Shown in pieces: positions 60,416-64,000 of a DNA stretch of 64,000 nucleotides; the first letter of the stretch is position 1, and the number at the start of each line of letters is the position of its first letter. Origin of the DNA: an uncultured delta proteobacterium (GTDB taxonomy: Bacteria; Desulfobacterota; Desulfobacteria; Desulfobacterales; Desulfatirhabdiaceae); assembly GCA_963789395.1 (NCBI GenBank), contig CAWBKP010000024.1, positions 192,001 to 256,000 on the forward strand. The letters are read 5' to 3'. Under the pieces are notes generated by a model. It made no database searches and had not been told where the DNA came from. It saw nothing but the letters and a program-made list of their open reading frames with translations. Position numbers and translations under genes: made by a program.

Positions 60416-62870
60416 TTGCCCCCCTTGTCTCAAGCCCATCGCACCTGCGACCTGTGCGGTCTGAGCGCACGATGTACGCCCGCCGATCTGCCAGATTCCG
60501 AAAAACCGCTCTGGTTCTGCTGCCAGGGCTGTAAAATGGTCTATGTCCTGCTCCTGGAAGCAGCCGATGCCCCGCACCCCCGGTCTTTCCGGGAAACCGA
60601 TCTTTTCAAGCGTTGCCAGGCCGCCGGCGTCATACCCCGGTCCGTATCGGATCTGGAGGTCTCCGAAACTACGATCCCGGATGATCGGACAGAGCCGGCC
60701 GATCGTCAATCCGGTCATCAGCTCGTTCTTGACCTTCGTATCAGCGGCATGTGGTGCCCGGCATGTGCCTGGGTCATCGAGACCGCCGCACTCAGGCTGT
60801 CAGGTGTTCGGCAGTCATCCTGCAGCTTTTCCTCGGATCGCTTTCGCTGCAGCTATGATCCGCTCACCACATCGCCTGCGTTGATTGTTCGGGCAATTGA
60901 AATGCTGGGGTACACCACCGCACCTCCCGGCAGTGACGGATATCTTCGGGAAAGGAAAACCGACTGGGTTCGATTTGGGATCAGCGCCTTTCTGACCCTC
61001 AACATCATGATGCTGTCACTGGCGCTTTACACCGGGTTTTTCACACCGCTGACCGCAGGAGACATTCAAATGATCGGCTGGCCGGTTTTTGCCATGGCAA
61101 CCGCTGTATTGATTTACGGGGGTCGGCCGATATTTCGGAAAGCCTGGCATGGACTGATGGCCGGATCAGCCGGTATGGAAGCCCTCATCAGCATGGGGGC
61201 TGTAAGCGCCTACGGGTACAGCCTGTACAATTTATGGCAGGGGAATCTCCATCTGTATTTTGATACGGCAACCATGCTCATCACCCTGGTGCTTCTGGGA
61301 AAACTCATCGAAGGCAATGTCAAAAAGAACATACAGGCCAATCTTGATGAATTCTTGAATCTGATGCCGAAAAAGGTCAGGCGATGCAGCCCCGGCTTTC
61401 CGGATGGCCGTTACGAAGCTGCGGAGCGGCTGGTCCGAGGTGATGTCTTTATGCTTTCAGATGGCGAAATGGCAGCTGCCGACGGCGTAATCTTAGAAGG
61501 TGCCGGCCGGATCGATATGTCTTCTCTGACCGGGGAACCCATGCCTGTTTCGGTCAAAACCGGAGATGCGGTGTTGAGCGGCAGCAGGCTGCTGAGCGGC
61601 AGGCTTTCCATAAAAGCCTTGGCTGTTGGAAGCCAGGCGACTCTCGGTCAGATGATTCGCCTCATGGAAACCGCCCTCAACCGGAAAATCCCCCTGGAAA
61701 GCAGCACCGATCGGATTTTAAGATGGTTTGTCCCCGGAATTACCCTGGCGGCGGTTTCGACCGGTTTCGGCTGTTATTTGACCGGAAGGCCGCCGGAAGA
61801 AAGCCTGATCCGGGCCATTACCGTCATGGTGATCTCCTGCCCCTGCGCCCTTGGCATCGCCATTCCGCTGGCCCGGGTTGCCGGCATTTCCCTTGCAGCC
61901 GGCAAAGGGCTGCTGGTACGCGATTTTTCCGCATTCGAGCAGGCGGATCGCATCACAACGGTGGTCTTTGACAAGACAGGCACCCTGACCACCGGAAGAT
62001 GGTCTCTGCAAAAAATCGTTTGTCTGGGAACTTATGAAGAAGCGCAAATATTGGCTTATGCGGCGGCGCTTGAAACCGGCTCCAGCCACTTTATCGCAGT
62101 AGAAATCCGAGGCAGGGCGCATCAGCAGCATATAGACATCCCGGATGCCGAAGCCATCGATGTTATGGAACAGGGCATCGAAGGCATGGTGGACGGACTT
62201 GGTTGTCAAAATCGGCTCTCCTGCCTGGGTGAATCCACAAAACATCGGATTGGCAAGTGATGAAACAGATACCACTGCCGAAGGTGTTTCGCGGGTATTC
62301 ATGAGCATTTCAGGTCAGCCGGCTGCTATTTTCATTTTCGGCGACCGGATCCGGCCGACAGCCTTTGGGGCCCTGAATTCGCTGCGACGAATGGGAAAAA
62401 AGCTGGTGATGATTTCCGGAGACGAGCCTCGGGCCGTGAAAATCGTGGCGGAATCGCTTGGTATCTCAATTTATAAAGGCGGATTGACGCCAAGGGAAAA
62501 AGCGGAATTCATTGGGGCGCTTTGCAAAAGCGGCGAGAAAACGGCCATGGTGGGAGATGGCCTCAACGATGCGCCGGCGCTGGCACGCGCGGATCTGGCG
62601 GTTGCTGTCCATTCCGGCCATCCGCTGGATCGTGAAACCGCCGGAATCATCCTGATGCGCGGTGATCCGGCCCAGTTGCCGGAACTGCTGGATCTGGCCC
62701 GGCACGTCAATGGTAAAATCACCCAGAACCTCGGGTGGGCGCTTGTCTACAATCTGATCAGCATTCCGATAGCCGTCAGCGGGCTACTCAATCCATTGAT
62801 TGCCGTAACCGCCATGCTGATGAGCAGCCTCAGCGTAGTCGGAAACACCCTGCTGTTGATAAAAGAATAA
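60416..62870 (+). CDS. ccoI: Heavy-metal (Cu) P1B-type ATPase, CcoI-like, frameshift near 62200
   Basis: CDLC/FCCQGC, GMWCPAC, YFD, TGEP, CPCALG, DKTGTLT, GDGLNDAPAL, YN, MSS. Confidence 0.9.
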
Positions 62871-62894
62871 AGCTAATGCCGCTTCGGGCACATC

Positions 62895-63587
62895 TCACAG
62901 CATCAGCATAAGATTGGCGGTTCGAAATAACAGATTCAAACCCATTCCCAGCATGAGCAGCCCCGACAGGATGTCGGACTGGCGTCGAAACCGTCGCATG
63001 ATGGCTCCGATTCCCGTACCCAGAAGCAAAAGTCCCGGAAGGGTGCCAAGTCCAAAAGCGCCGGTCAGGAGCATTCCCTTTATTACGGATTCGGCCGGCA
63101 GTGCCGGGCAAACGCGCCATAGGACAGCCCGCAGGGCAGGAGCCCCATCATCAGCCCCAGCAGCACCATCCCCGCCACCTTGCTGTCCTGAAGGGCCGCC
63201 TGGACCATCCGGCGGTATCCGGGAATGCGTACAGGGGTTGCGGCCGCCATCCATGCAGGTTCGGAAATCAGGCCGATTCGGCTGATACCGAAAAGAAAAA
63301 GAAACATGGTGGCGATCAAGGAAAAACCGAATTTGCCCGCATGCCAGCCAGACCTGAGGATCGGATGACATGGTCGCGGCGATTTGCGGCAGCACGCCTC
63401 CGATTGCAGCCATGAATGCTCCGGCCGCACAGTAAGTTGTTATCCTCCCAAAATGGTAATACAGATGCGGCATGAACACCCCTGACCGCCCGGGGAAGGC
63501 AATGATCAAGGGGCCGCACATGCCGATGCAATGCCCCTGAGCCAGAAGGCCAAGGGTAAACATGGAGAAAATATCGACAGTTTCCAT
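62895..63587 (-). CDS. DsbD_2/TauE-SafE-like membrane protein (cbb3 biogenesis-associated), internal frameshifts
   Basis: GHCIGMCGP, YHFGRITTY, GLLPCGLSY (alternate frame), FGLGTLP. Confidence 0.85.
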   Translation of the reverse strand: METVDIFSMFTLGLLAQGHCIGMCGPLIIAFPGRSGVFMPHLYYHFGRITTYCAAGAFMAAIGGVLPQIAATMSSDPQVWLACGQIRFFLDRHHVSFSFRYQPNRPDFRTCMDGGRNPCTHSRIPPDGPGGPSGQQGGGDGAAGADDGAPALRAVLWRVCPALPAESVIKGMLLTGAFGLGTLPGLLLLGTGIGAIMRRFRRQSDILSGLLMLGMGLNLLFRTANLMLML

Positions 63588-63601
63588 GGATATCCCGGAC
63601 G

Positions 63602-63850
63602 CTACATCCTTTCGATATTCCCGCGCAACTGGGCGATCTCGATGCCCAGGCCGACACACTTTTTGCCCAGAAGACAGGATTCCGCATCGCCGGGTTCCAG
63701 ATAGGTTTTCAGCTCGTGGTTGTCTTTTTTCAGGTCCACGACCCACCTGTTCTGGGTTTCATCATAATCCACCTCGACGTTAATGCCGCATGCGCCGATG
63801 TCCGGATATATTTCTCTGATTTTTTTGCAAATTTGATTTTTGTCCATCAT
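63602..63850 (-). CDS. Hypothetical 82-aa protein
   Basis: Strong RBS AAGGAGG; co-oriented with the DsbD_2-like gene. Confidence 0.7.
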   Translation of the reverse strand: MMDKNQICKKIREIYPDIGACGINVEVDYDETQNRWVVDLKKDNHELKTYLEPGDAESCLLGKKCVGLGIEIAQLRGNIERM

Positions 63851-64000
63851 GAGGTGCCTCCTTGTTTAGAATGATTGTAACAACTCAGGCATACAGAATA
63901 AAGGCGTCAGAATTCAGAATGACCTGCATGAAAGCCTCGAGCTTTTTACCGACTTCTTTAATTAAACGGGCTGGCTCAGAAACATGAGACCCTGGACAAG

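Noticed and set aside
1..64000. CRISPR array, rRNA, transposase, prophage, riboswitch
   Set aside because: No regularly spaced direct repeats or diagnostic motifs found by eye; a covariance-model scan would be needed to exclude small RNAs.

Overview
A 64 kb chromosomal window (roughly 50% GC) whose gene content and order fit an anaerobic Desulfobacterota-like bacterium; this taxonomy is my inference. Left to right: cooC-type Ni insertase; TetR-SulP-phosphorelay cluster; housekeeping block dnaG-rpoD-tRNA(CAU)-Nif3-Zn ribbon-rnpB; minimal SufCB (SMS-type) Fe-S system; long HPr-domain protein; ispD; Trx-fold/TrxR fusion; yggL; cNMP-PP2C phosphatase; GGDEF; tyrA; Rrf2-cydAB; ferritin-like protein; DUF748; MATE; class III cyclase plus TssQ-like lipoprotein; GntR-trpBA. 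Next is the most interesting locus (about 40-51 kb): a 2-aminobenzoate-CoA-ligase-like gene directly upstream of a stand-alone, divergent BamB (tungsten class II benzoyl-CoA reductase) paralogue, with divergent TetR/VOC genes, an ABC importer and an arylformamidase-like hydrolase. I propose it as a candidate O2-independent (N-formyl)anthranilate pathway. The window ends with an alternative complex III-like operon that has no actB and runs directly into cbb3-type oxidase and assembly genes. About 15 genes are split by single-base indels that look like sequencing/assembly error. No CRISPR array, transposase, integrase or rRNA was seen. All family calls come from motif recognition by eye, not database searches.
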